A DNA stretch of 64,000 nucleotides, taken from NCBI GenBank assembly GCA_032718475.1, contig JAUCBJ010007777.1, forward strand, positions 38,986 to 102,985, written 5' to 3'. How positions within the stretch are numbered: the first letter of the stretch is position 1; the number at the start of each line of letters is the position of its first letter. Source of the DNA: Nemertoderma westbladi. Lineage: Eukaryota; Animalia; Xenacoelomorpha. Position numbers and translations under genes: made by a program. Below are positions 24,136 to 34,407 of the stretch, in pieces. Below the pieces are notes generated by a model, which was not told the DNA's origin, did no database searches, and worked only from the letters and a program-made list of their open reading frames with translations.

Positions 24136-27100
24136 ATGGTCGTTATATCGAACCGTTATATCGTTATATTCGAGCGAAACCTGTTCGATGTATCACCTAA
24201 GATCGCTCGTCTTAAACGATCACTGAATAAACCCATGATCAGAGTTCCGGAATACTCGGTCAGGCCTCCTCATAACCTAGTGAGACCTCAAACTCTCGAT
24301 CCTAACAGTATCACTGATCCTCCCGAACTATATTCCCTGTTCAAAGACTTAGTGTTACCCGAACAACTAATCGGTGGTGCTCCGGTAGTGGGTTCGTTAG
24401 ACATCCGCCCATCCTACTTAGCCGGATTGGGACGCGGGCAGCTAATATCGCCCTTTGATCCTTACAATCGTCCAGGATTAAACCCGATTCAACCCGCCAC
24501 AGAAGTCGAGGAGAGCGTTATAAGAAACGCTTTAGACGCCATTCGACAGAAAATCGGAAAGGGAACACAAGATTGTTTAGAGAAACGTAAACTACACCAA
24601 CAAGTCCAATCGGTGAAGGAGTTAGCCTTGCCACAGTTCGATAGGGAAATCCAAAACCTCGAGGAAGACATAGAGCTTGGACGCACGTATTCTCTACAAG
24701 AATTTTTAGAAGAACGCTTACAAAGACAAGCGGAAGAAAATCTAATCGAAGAGAAACACACGAAACTGGAAGAAAGAGAAGAAGCCGCTTTAGCCCAACC
24801 TGAAGCTCAAATCCTCATGACCGACCTCTACTCTAAAACCGTTCGTCATCCCTCGATGATTCCACATTTCGGGGACAAGCTCTTCGCGACGATACAGCCT
24901 CAACCGGTTGATATCAGTACAGGATCGCAAAATCTTATCGCTGATGCCCCTATGTTACAGCATCCGCCGATCGAGGCTGCTCGTGTTGACGGTATCCTCG
25001 TTGAACCTCCGGACAATCGAGCGGATCTTGTCCGTCGTATGGTACACGATGTCAACATACGCGCTAGACCTTTACAGAACTCGTTTTATGGGATTAAAGA
25101 CCACCCTTATTACGTTAATCTGACTCAATATTATATGGTAAAACCAGAGGACCCGACACATAATTTAAAGTTTCTACCACTAATAAATCCTCTAGACATT
25201 GTTGAACTCGAACAATTGCAGAAACATCTGGATCAGTTAGTAAAGGTAAACTCATTTAGAAAACCATATAACATTTCTCGAATCGAAAAAGATATAGAAC
25301 CTCCTTATAATCTCGATGGATTTATTAAAACTCGATTAGTCCATTGGAATCTAGATGTATTATTTGAAGAGGAGAAAATACCAAGATATGGAAATGTGGA
25401 GACGTATACCACTCGGCACATGAAGTATAGTGATCTCCCTGACGCTAACCAATGCGCCACCTTGTGGCATCCAGTAGGGATGACCCTAGAGAACGCCACC
25501 AAGGAGTGGAATGAAACTCTTAATGTTATTGAGATGTATGGAGTTGTCACCTACGATAATGAAGGTAGCGTTCCGGTCGGAGAACTAGGAACTACGCGCA
25601 TGATCCACATACGCGGATTAGCTGGTTCTACCCACGTGTTTACTCGAGCGTGTTCCGACGTGATGGATTATTCTTTTGAAACTCTCACCGAAACACAAAA
25701 GAATCTCCGACATGGACAATTCGAACTCGCGCAGCGTTACTTCATTGACACCGAACGCAAACCGGCCATGGGCATCGATGGATCGATGTTACCCCAGCCC
25801 GTACTCGAGATGTTGTTCAACGAAAGAATCCTTAAAATCGGCTCAGCTGTTTATGGAGATCTCCAAAACGACTTTCGGAATATGGAGAACATTCCATACC
25901 CTTTCGTTGATACTCAGCTGATTGCTCCCTGGGCAGAAGGCCGAGGTTTCTTCCGCACCATGTATGCTAATACGTCTAGCAACATTACAAAGGTGCAACG
26001 AACTTCCATCGGACATCTTGCCTTTCAGGAATACGGATGGAATTTCAAAGTCGGAAATCCCATTAACTATCAACAAGTATACGGAGACCATTATTCTCGA
26101 TTATACTTTGATGGACCTTTGACCGCACCTGGCGCCGTGTATAGCTTCATGAGTGTTCCACTCCGTCCCTCCTTAGCTATCTACACGATCTTTGAAAACA
26201 CCGCACTTGCCGGTTGGCTAGCCGATGTGTGCAGTCGTACTATACGCGCCCATCCATTAATACTTGGGACCAAACTCGCTAAGCTAGATGAACATAATAA
26301 ATTCATCCGTTTCGAATGTTTCCGGCGATTTTTAACCCCGTTCCGCAACGTGGATAGCCAATTTAAAGACCGCGCTTTGACCAAGCTCAGCCTAAGAATC
26401 TCAGCTGCAGAGAAGTTGGATAGCGCTGGATACGCCATTTTCAAAGAGATTTGTATATCGAACTTGCACTCCTCTGTTATACAAAGACCTCGAATCCCCA
26501 CAGGTTATTCTGTCGTAGAAATTCAGACAATAGGTCCACCTGAAGAGACAGACACGCCCACCTCAGCTATGCACTTGGAAGACGAGCCAATATGTTTAGA
26601 ATCTGAGGAGATTCAGCCTATCACGCCCCGGAACAGCGACAACGATTACATCATAGAATGGTATCAAGGTCCACAGTGTCTCACTGCGTACGATTATCGA
26701 CATGCTAACTATGTCTCTAGGCAACGTTGTCGGCTATGCGCATCGAGAGACCACGATACGCCCATGGACACCAACGTCCGCTGTTCCTATTTCCAAGAAC
26801 AACCGACTATGGAAATTTATTGCGCATATTGCAGACTCAATAACTTGCATATCTTTGCGGTTTGCCCTCAATTTATGACTCAATGTCACCATTGTCAACT
26901 AAAGGGACATGCTAGTTTAGACTGCCCTTTTAATCACGATTTGGAAAGCGTAGATGAAATGATTACACTACGTTACATCAGAGCTTGGGAAGCGAACGCT
27001 GATTTACATTGTGATTCGCGCCATCGCTATTATCCCGGACGCGCTTACGAAGGAGTTTATGCGTTCCATCCTTATCTATTCGCTTCGGTTGAACAGAAAT

Positions 27101-27657
27101 CACGCATATCAAGTTACGAGCTACTGAAGCGCGTCGGAGAATGTATTTCAACCAAATTCGTACGCAAATTTCTTAGGAGTGTTAATCCTAGCGACCTTCA
27201 TTCCTATAACTTAATCAATTATATCCGTCAGGATCCGGACTATGGAGACTTGTTTGTTAACTCACACCCCGAGTTACAGGAAGTGTATCGACGGCCTTAC
27301 GAATACCGAGCCCGAGAACGCGAGTTGGAAAGGACCATTAAACCCCGGAGGTTTCTAACTGCCTATGGTCCACCCACGGCCCTCGTTCAGACCACTCGTA
27401 AAGGACCCGTAAGAGCGGCTGTCTTGAAACGAGCTCTCAAAGCCGTTAGACCCCTCTCACCTGACGTTGATGTCAATCAACCCGGTACTTCGACTGGCGG
27501 ATACACCGACCATAATCCTACACCCTCTGATGCAATCATATTGCACCCTTCACCCAGGAGTTATAGCCCTCCTTGTAAAGTGGCTCGCCCCAAAGAGAAA
27601 AGGACTCTGGCTAGCTTTAAGAAACTGCGTAAACGCCGTCCGCGCAAGAAAGACTAA
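24136..27657 (+). CDS. Extra retrotransposon ORF (about 1170 aa): coiled coil, DEDDy/WRN-EXD-like 3'-5' exonuclease domain, CCHC zinc knuckles, basic tail
   Basis: Uninterrupted 3.5-kb ORF ending 78 nt before the 3' LTR. First ATG is 24136 (alternative 24235). Motifs: VVTYDNEG (Exo I DxE), LPQPVLEMLFNERILKIGSAVYGDL...FVDTQLIA (Exo II), PLRPSLAIYTIFE (Exo III-like), CRLCASRDH, CAYCRLNNLHIFAVC, CHHCQLKGHASLDC, KKLRKRRPRKKD. The ORF itself is certain; the domain assignment is by eye. Confidence 0.8.
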   Translation: MVVISNRYIVIFERNLFDVSPKIARLKRSLNKPMIRVPEYSVRPPHNLVRPQTLDPNSITDPPELYSLFKDLVLPEQLIGGAPVVGSLDIRPSYLAGLGRGQLISPFDPYNRPGLNPIQPATEVEESVIRNALDAIRQKIGKGTQDCLEKRKLHQQVQSVKELALPQFDREIQNLEEDIELGRTYSLQEFLEERLQRQAEENLIEEKHTKLEEREEAALAQPEAQILMTDLYSKTVRHPSMIPHFGDKLFATIQPQPVDISTGSQNLIADAPMLQHPPIEAARVDGILVEPPDNRADLVRRMVHDVNIRARPLQNSFYGIKDHPYYVNLTQYYMVKPEDPTHNLKFLPLINPLDIVELEQLQKHLDQLVKVNSFRKPYNISRIEKDIEPPYNLDGFIKTRLVHWNLDVLFEEEKIPRYGNVETYTTRHMKYSDLPDANQCATLWHPVGMTLENATKEWNETLNVIEMYGVVTYDNEGSVPVGELGTTRMIHIRGLAGSTHVFTRACSDVMDYSFETLTETQKNLRHGQFELAQRYFIDTERKPAMGIDGSMLPQPVLEMLFNERILKIGSAVYGDLQNDFRNMENIPYPFVDTQLIAPWAEGRGFFRTMYANTSSNITKVQRTSIGHLAFQEYGWNFKVGNPINYQQVYGDHYSRLYFDGPLTAPGAVYSFMSVPLRPSLAIYTIFENTALAGWLADVCSRTIRAHPLILGTKLAKLDEHNKFIRFECFRRFLTPFRNVDSQFKDRALTKLSLRISAAEKLDSAGYAIFKEICISNLHSSVIQRPRIPTGYSVVEIQTIGPPEETDTPTSAMHLEDEPICLESEEIQPITPRNSDNDYIIEWYQGPQCLTAYDYRHANYVSRQRCRLCASRDHDTPMDTNVRCSYFQEQPTMEIYCAYCRLNNLHIFAVCPQFMTQCHHCQLKGHASLDCPFNHDLESVDEMITLRYIRAWEANADLHCDSRHRYYPGRAYEGVYAFHPYLFASVEQKSRISSYELLKRVGECISTKFVRKFLRSVNPSDLHSYNLINYIRQDPDYGDLFVNSHPELQEVYRRPYEYRARERELERTIKPRRFLTAYGPPTALVQTTRKGPVRAAVLKRALKAVRPLSPDVDVNQPGTSTGGYTDHNPTPSDAIILHPSPRSYSPPCKVARPKEKRTLASFKKLRKRRPRKKD

Positions 27658-27725
27658 CTGTTTAGAGTATTTACGTATATTAGAAACTGTGATTTTGTAT
27701 ATGTTATAGACTCAAATCCCATTTT

Positions 27726-27735
27726 CTGGGAGCGG
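27726..27735 (+). promoter_or_regulatory. Short polypurine-tract-like sequence before the 3' LTR
   Basis: CTGGGAGCGG directly abuts TGTAAAAG, the expected position for the plus-strand primer. Confidence 0.6.
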
Positions 27736-29001
27736 TGTAAAAGCTTCTGTGGGATCTAGCTGGCCCTTTTGCTTTGCGGTCCGAGTTCCCCCCAGGCGCT
27801 GGAATACTCTAAAAGGGCTTTCTAACTATATATATATTCCCCTCGCCCGCAAGGTACCGTAATAGGTGTTTTAACGGACATAAAAGTCATTCTTCTAGAT
27901 ACGTGCTTTGGAGGACATGGTAAGGCAAAAAACCCGCAATACGGCAAATACTTTTACACAGCCTAGCCGTGATGATTCATATTACGACATCTAACAGCTG
28001 GTTGCTGACATGGAAACGGCCATTGGACACATGGTTCTTTGTTTAGCTTGAGCCAATCAGAGCGATTTTTTCTGTCGATGTGGAGATATTCGGCCGATCA
28101 TGCTAGAGTGTTCAGTCTTACTGTTTTTTATGATACTGTTGTGTTGTTGGTATCTAGGCCAGGAACACCGGCTCTAGAGTTAATTCGTTTCATACTTTTA
28201 GAAGAAACATTAGTAGGCTTAAGATTATAGAGCGTATAACTGTTATCAGTTCATATCATACCAGTTCAACTCATAGCGACTCAATCGGCACATACTGTTT
28301 TGTTATCTTAACCTACCGTCTTAATGCTGTTTACTGTTGTGTTTTAGTTGAATATTATTTGGAGAACATTTATAAAGAACCCAAATTTCCCAATTTTCTT
28401 GATACACTACAGGTTAGAGAGACGGGTTATATATAGCGATTGCGACTTATATTATTGTGTATGTAGTGAATTTGATGCTATTTGATAAGCACTACATTGG
28501 TCCGTTGCTGTTCTCTCTATATATGATAAAATTCATTGACGGTCGGCAAATTAGTGAGCAGTATTGTGTGTTACCGGTAGTGTGCATGATTGTGACTGAT
28601 AACTAAGCATTTCCTAAAGAATGCGCCTCATACGTGAATCATAAGCCTTACCGACTTACCGTTGTGATTAGTATAAGTCATATCTCTGTTTACCTAGATA
28701 GAGCGCCACGTCCTAAAGGAACTGTTAATATTTCCCGAAAGTGAATAATATTAGTCAGAAATTATTTATTAACGATCAATCGAATAATACAGTAGGCTTC
28801 ACTGCAATAATAATCTAAGCCCTAAGAATCCAGCCCCCCGGGTATATCCAGCGGGTGAATGGACGCGCACTAGGCTGGCTTCTGCTAATGTTGTGTTTAT
28901 TGGTATTAAATATTTGTCATCTTCTAAAGTATATTTATAAACCAAAAGACATATAAATTTTGGCAGGTTAAACTGCTAAAGGTCTTCCAAAAGCGCGTAG
29001 A
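27736..29001 (+). repeat. 3' LTR (TGTA...TAGA)
   Basis: Matches the 5' LTR except at about 4 positions seen by eye (near 28474, 28687, 28864 and 29000). The terminal CA reads GA. Confidence 0.95.
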
Positions 29002-29297
29002 TATAGCACTATTTTGCTGTATTGTATGTACAGATGTAGGTATAAAGCAGGTATTTCTGTATTTTAGTACCGGTACCGGCACCGGTACTGCTATAGGCCT
29101 ACTGTGTAGCCTACCATTTAAATACGGTAATGGTAGGCCTACCGGTTGTGCTAATAAATTTTAAATAATTGATAGGCCAAACTGGATTGCAGGATTGTGG
29201 AAAATGTGGATATACCTTTCACATAATTTAGGCCTATTACTGTATTAGTTTTATAATCAATACTGGATCATGACTACTGTCTGAGTAGTGTTACGGA

Positions 29298-30192
29298 TAA
29301 CCTGCTCCTTTCCCTGATTTGGTAAAGTGACTGTTTATTGTTTTGGTTAGAAAATGCGGCCTTAACCTGCTCCTTTCCCTCAATTAGTTAAGTGATCGTT
29401 TATTGTTTTGGTTAGAAAATCCCGCCTCTGTAACCTGCTCCTTTCCCTCAATTGGTAATGTTATTGTTTATTGTTTTGGTTAGAAAATCCCGCCTTTGTA
29501 ACCTGCTCCTTTCTCTCAATTGGTAATGTTATCGTTTATTGTTTTGGTTCGAAAATCCCGTCTCTGTAACCTGCTCCTTTCCCTCAATTAGTTAAATGAT
29601 CGTTTATTGTTTTGGTTAGAAAATCCCACCTCTGTAACCTGCCCCTTTCCCTCAATTAGTTAAATGATCGTTTATTGTTTTGGTTAGAAAATCCCGCCTC
29701 TGTAACCTGCTCCTTTCCCTGAATTGGTAAAGTGACCTTTTATTGTTTTGGTTAGAAAGGCCGGCCTCTGTAACCTGCCCCTTTCCCTCAATTAGTTAAA
29801 TTATCGTTTATTGTTTTGGTTAGAAAATCCCGCCTCTGTAACCTGCTCCTTTCCCTCAATTAGTTAAGTGATCGTTTATTGTTTTGGTTAGAAAATTCCG
29901 CCTCTGTAACCTGTCCCTTTCCCTCAATTAGTTAAATGATCGTTTATTGTTTTGGTTAGAAAATCACGCCTCTGTAACCTGCTCCTTTCCCTCAATAAGT
30001 TAAGTGATCGTTTATTGTTTTGGTTAGAAAATCCCGCCTCTGTAACCTGCTCCTTTCCCTCAATTAGTTAAGTGATCGTTTATTGTTTTGGTTAGAAAAT
30101 CCCGTCTCTGTAACCTGCTCCTTTCCCTGATTTGGTAAAGTGACTGTTTATTGTTTTGGTTAGAAAACTCGGCCTTAACCTGCTCCTTTCCA
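29298..30192 (+). repeat. 68-bp tandem repeat (about 13 copies) inside the MULE-like MITE
   Basis: Unit TAACCTGCTCCTTTCCCTCAATTAGTTAAGTGATCGTTTATTGTTTTGGTTAGAAAATCCCGCCTCTG; the period was measured from 29431 to 29499. Confidence 0.92.
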
Positions 30193-30789
30193 TCTATTGG
30201 TAATTGTTTTTGGCTATAAAATGAGTGTTTTGCTACGTCATGTGGTAATCGATTATCGACAACAACCACAAACTATTAAATATAGAGCCTTTTTACCACA
30301 GGCGCATATGGAAATCTATCTCATAGTCTATAAATCATGGAATCATGGAATGTTTTGGCACAGGCATAGTGAAATGAACTGTCTGACAGTCCAGAAATCA
30401 GCAGTCTGACAGTTTGAAGAAATACATACATAAAAAGTCATTAAAAAGACAATAAAAGTCATTAAAAGGACAACAAAAGTCATTATGCATAATTCGTAAA
30501 AAAAAATGACAAAAATAGTCAAATAAAAGGACATAAAAAATCACTGCCCTTAGTAAATAAGTATAATAATAGAGAATAACTGAATAAGTAGTAATAGAGG
30601 TAAAAATGAAAATCAAAAGACGATCATTGGTTGCTATAATGACATATGTCACTGTACTTTTATGCTAAACTCATTTTGTCATGTTCAATATTTGTTTTAA
30701 GTGGCCCTACAGTACATGTATGTCAATATGAATTTTGAGAATTAAGAGGAAATCCTGCCAAAGTACAGTACCTAACTGATATAGACTTT

Positions 30790-31557
30790 GATATAGACAT
30801 TGCTGATGACTTAGGAGTACTCCAGAATCACTAGAGGGATCCCAACGGCTCCTCAGCTCATTAGAACAGGCTGCTTCTTTTTATTAATTCCAAAAAGGCC
30901 AAAATTTTGACAGTTATAACTTTGAAAGTCCTCAGCAACTCTCTGACCGGATGAGCATAAGCCATAAGCTCAAAGGATGGTATGCTTGATCATGTGGACG
31001 ACTTCTGTTACCTGGGATCATGGATCCGGAAGTCAGGTGGGGCCTTTCGAATACGTAAGGGAATGACATGGGCAGCTTGAATGGATTTGGAAGTCACACA
31101 GAATTAATCGGAAACTTAAGGTCCTTTTATTTAGCGCAGCAGTAGTTCCAGTACTCCTCTATGGCTCTAACTGCTGAGGACACCAAATCTCTGGATGGCA
31201 CATTCAAAAGAATGCTACGCCGGGTTCTCTGTGTCAAGTACAATCAATGCACATATCTCCAACTAGAAACTATATAACATTGGAGGTGTCTCATTGGTTC
31301 CTCAAAGCTTGACACTAGAACAAAGCCGCTTCCGCTTTGCAGGACATTGCTTTCACCGTGAGGACCAGCCAGTGCATAATCTGGTGCTTTGGCGGCCTCT
31401 TGGAATTAATAAGTATGGTGGACAGCCCATGACTTTCTTGAGAGGCATTTTAAAGGACACTGGCCCTGAAGATACGGATGATCTAGCAAATGTCATCGGT
31501 GATAGGGCGTTGTGGCGGCGCAATTATGTCGACAAGGCGGCACAGCATTATTAATAT

Positions 31558-31588
<31 letters not shown>

Positions 31589-31628
31589 TATGCAGCTGAA
31601 ATGCAGCATGCCGATACTAGTAGTAGAG
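30790..31628 (+). pseudogene. RTE-clade LINE 3' fragment
   Basis: Decayed FCYLGS / LLYG / RFRFAGHC...DRALWR coding remnants with a (TAG)n tail. Same family as 32310-33026, 55770-56240 and 46727-46900. Confidence 0.8.
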
Positions 31629-32309
31629 ACAATAAATCTTCTAGATGAAAAAACATAATCGCCAAAAGCTTGAATCAACTTTTCTTTAGTTTGTGATGAA
31701 TTTGTGCCACACAGAATAGTTCTTAAGGTTAATCTGTGAGTTTAGATTTGAAAATTCATTTACGAGTAACACACACTGAGTTTTGAAGGCGGTGCATTTC
31801 AAAAAGTAATGTTTAGACCTTTCGTGCTGGGATTTAGAACTGCGAAGAACTGCAAGCGGAGCAGAGAATGGGTCATCACTCATATGGTCATATCGTCATG
31901 ACCATATGACTGTTTAGGATACTTTGATAAATTCGAGAACGAGAGAAAAGATCGACCAATTCGACACTTCCGACCAATTCATTGGTCGTGTATAAAAAAG
32001 GCGACTATTCGACACTGTGGACGGAGAGTAAATCTCGCAAGTGGTCGGCTGAGTACCATCATACTGTACAGGCCTACTGTACATTGTACAATAAACTTAC
32101 AGTATAGAGGGTCGCAAAAAGTCGCTACATTTTATACTGTATGTAAACTATAGGTGGACCCGACTGTGACAACCAATGCAACTAATACGACAACCCCTTT
32201 GACCTACACCCCCCCCCCCCCCCATCCGTTAACTTATCATTCCATACAATACCATAGGCATAGCAGGCCGTAGTCCATAGGCCCTAGTTTGCTACTGTAG
32301 TCAAAGTCA

Positions 32310-33026
32310 AAGCCAGAAAGACCAAAATTCTGACAGTTAACTTTGAAAGTCCTCAGCAAGTCTCTGATCGGATGAGCATAAGCTCAAAGGATGGTATGCT
32401 TGAGCATGTGGACGACTTCTGTTACCTGGAATCGTGGATCCGGAAGTCAGGTGAGGACCTTCGAATACGTAAGGGAAAGGCATGGGCAGCCTTGAATAGG
32501 CTTTCCAGGATTTAGAAGTCACCGAGAATTAATCGGAAACTTAAGGTCCGATTATTTAGAGCAGCAGTAGTTCCAGTACTCCTCTACGGGAGTCCATGCT
32601 GGGCTCTAACTGCTGAGGACACCAAATCTCTGGATGGCACATTCACAAGAATGCTACGCCGGGTTCATTGTGTCAAGTACAATGCACACATCTCCAACCA
32701 GACACTATGTAACATTGGAGGTGTCTCATTGGTTCCCCCAAGCTTGACAATAGAACAAAATCGCCTCCGCTTTGCAGGACATTGCTTTCGCCGTGAGGAC
32801 CAGCCAGTGCATAATCTTGTACTTTGGCAGCCTCATGGAGTGAATAAGCATGGTGGACAGCCCATGACTTTCTTGAGACGCATCTTAAAGGACACTGGCC
32901 TTAAAGATGCGGATGATCTAGCAAATGTCATGGGTGATAGGGAGTTGTGGCGGTGCAATTTTGTTGACAAGCCGGCACAGCATTCTTAAAAATGCAGCTG
33001 CAATGCAGCATGCCGATCCTAGTAGT
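32310..33026 (+). mobile_element. 5'-truncated RTE-clade LINE flanked by a 56-bp direct repeat
   Basis: ORF 32651-32989 reads RLRFAGHCFRREDQPVHNLVLWQP...DRELWR; tail CCTAGTAGT. Identical 56-bp flanks at 32254-32309 and 33027-33082. Confidence 0.88.
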
Positions 33027-33110
33027 ATAGGCATAGCAGGCCGTAGTCCATAGGCCCTAGTTTGCTACTGTAGTCAAAGTCAGAGTACAATGCTGTTTCA
33101 GGGCCTCCAC

Positions 33111-33170
33111 CAAGGCGTACTATATACTATATATATATATACAGTAGTATATAGTATATAGTACGCCTTG
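33111..33170. mobile_element. 60-bp micro-MITE with P-element-like ends
   Basis: Perfect 23-bp TIR CAAGGCGTACTATATACTATATA with an 8-bp TSD GCCTCCAC at 33103-33110 and 33171-33178. Confidence 0.8.
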
Positions 33171-34407
33171 GCCTCCACACTGTAAAACGAACTTAGATCC
33201 TGCAGGGCCTGACTTTTATGAACTTAGATCTTTGCTAACCTAGGTCCTATATGCGAGCATATCGGGGTGGTGAAATTCGATTCTGGGTGAACTTAGATCC
33301 CACTTTATGCTATTAAAAGCCTTTTGTAATATCATCATGCTAGTCGCGAAGCAAACTTAGCATCCCACGTCGACAGCAATGCGAACTTTAGATCTTATGT
33401 GAACAGATCCAAATTTATACAAATTCTTTATTAGCACACGCTAGATTAGAAGCGAACTTAGATCCCACGTGAAATGTGCGTTGGCCGCGTTCTATTGGTA
33501 TTATAGTATATGTATTGTACTGTGTGTTACATTAAGCATATAAAAGTATATGGTACTATACTGCTATATTCCAAGACTCAACTTAAACAGATTAAGATCA
33601 AGTAAATGGCAAAATGGGTACAGGGGAAGTGGAAGGTTATCACTTTCATACATTTTGCCCTCTAGTGGTAGTGCAGACCACTTACCGACCCCTCCAAGAC
33701 ACAGCAGCAGCAGCACATTGATGCAGGATGTATTCTGGCTGAGCACATACTGGCATAAAGACAGACAGACATACAATATATTTTTGACAAGTTTCAGCTT
33801 GAACGGATCATAAATAGCGGAATGAGCCAAGGATTTCACTTTCAGATATTCGGCCCTCTAGCGGCAGACTAAAGAACTGCATGCAGATTAGCCCCCTTTG
33901 AATGACACATGACAGCTATGAGCTAATGGTCGGTCTAATACAAGTATGACAAGTTTCAGCATTGTCTTTTGGTCGGATTAAATGCAGAGAGATGGCAGAT
34001 GGGAGGACATTTATTAATGTTTGACATGTAGCCCTCTAGCGGGAGACTGTTGTACTGATGGTGTCGAACAGTCTCTAAAATCCCAACTTTTGGTCTTATT
34101 GATGCATTGTACAATTTCTCAACAAAGTTTGTGTCAATTACAATGGGCTACTACTGTTCGATTTATGTTATGTCCCAAATTCCCCCAACTGTCCCAAATT
34201 ACCCCATGCTGGGGTAATTTGGGACATTGATGAATATTAATTAAAAAAAGGTAATTAATTATTTGAAAATAAAAATTAAGTAAATAGTTTGATAGAATGG
34301 GTACATGGTGCATACTTGATAAGGTCGGATTATCAAAAAAATGTTTTTAAGATTCTGAAAAAAGCTTTAAAGGACGATTTTGTCCCAAATTACCCCAGTT
34401 TACCCTA

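Larger units (their letters stand above)
10796..29001 (+). mobile_element. Full-length BEL/Pao LTR retrotransposon, 18.2 kb, with an extra 3' ORF
   Basis: Two 1266-bp direct LTRs and a TATAG TSD (10791-10795, 29002-29006). Domain order is Gag, protease, RT, RNase H, integrase, with BEL-type triple zinc knuckle and RT/RH motifs. Confidence 0.97.
10647..30548 (+). mobile_element. Mutator-like (MULE) non-autonomous element, copy 1, split by the LTR retrotransposon (10647-10795 plus 29007-30548)
   Basis: 9-bp TSD CTTAGTAAA at 10638-10646 and 30549-30557. Imperfect TIRs CGCAATAATTTTTATTGTCC / GGCAGTGATTTTTTATGTCC. Near-identical to the uninterrupted inverted copy at 61090-62225. Confidence 0.85.

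Noticed and set aside
24106-27657. Extra ORF as a retroviral-type env gene
   Set aside because: It has no signal peptide, no hydrophobic transmembrane anchor and no fusion-protein pattern. It shows nuclease-like and zinc-knuckle motifs and a basic tail instead.
24106-27657. Extra ORF as an independent host gene or separate nested insertion
   Set aside because: It is intronless, lies between two near-identical LTRs, ends just before the PPT, and I see no TSD or TIR of its own.
28995-29006. 6-bp TSD ATATAG with the LTR ending at 29000
   Set aside because: It is formally possible, but the 5' LTR ends TACA at the equivalent of 29001. A 5-bp TATAG TSD with a C-to-G change is more parsimonious.
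30060-30269. Duplicated 69-aa ORF (also 61372-61581)
   Set aside because: It lies in the two copies of the non-coding MULE-like MITE and its 68-bp repeats.
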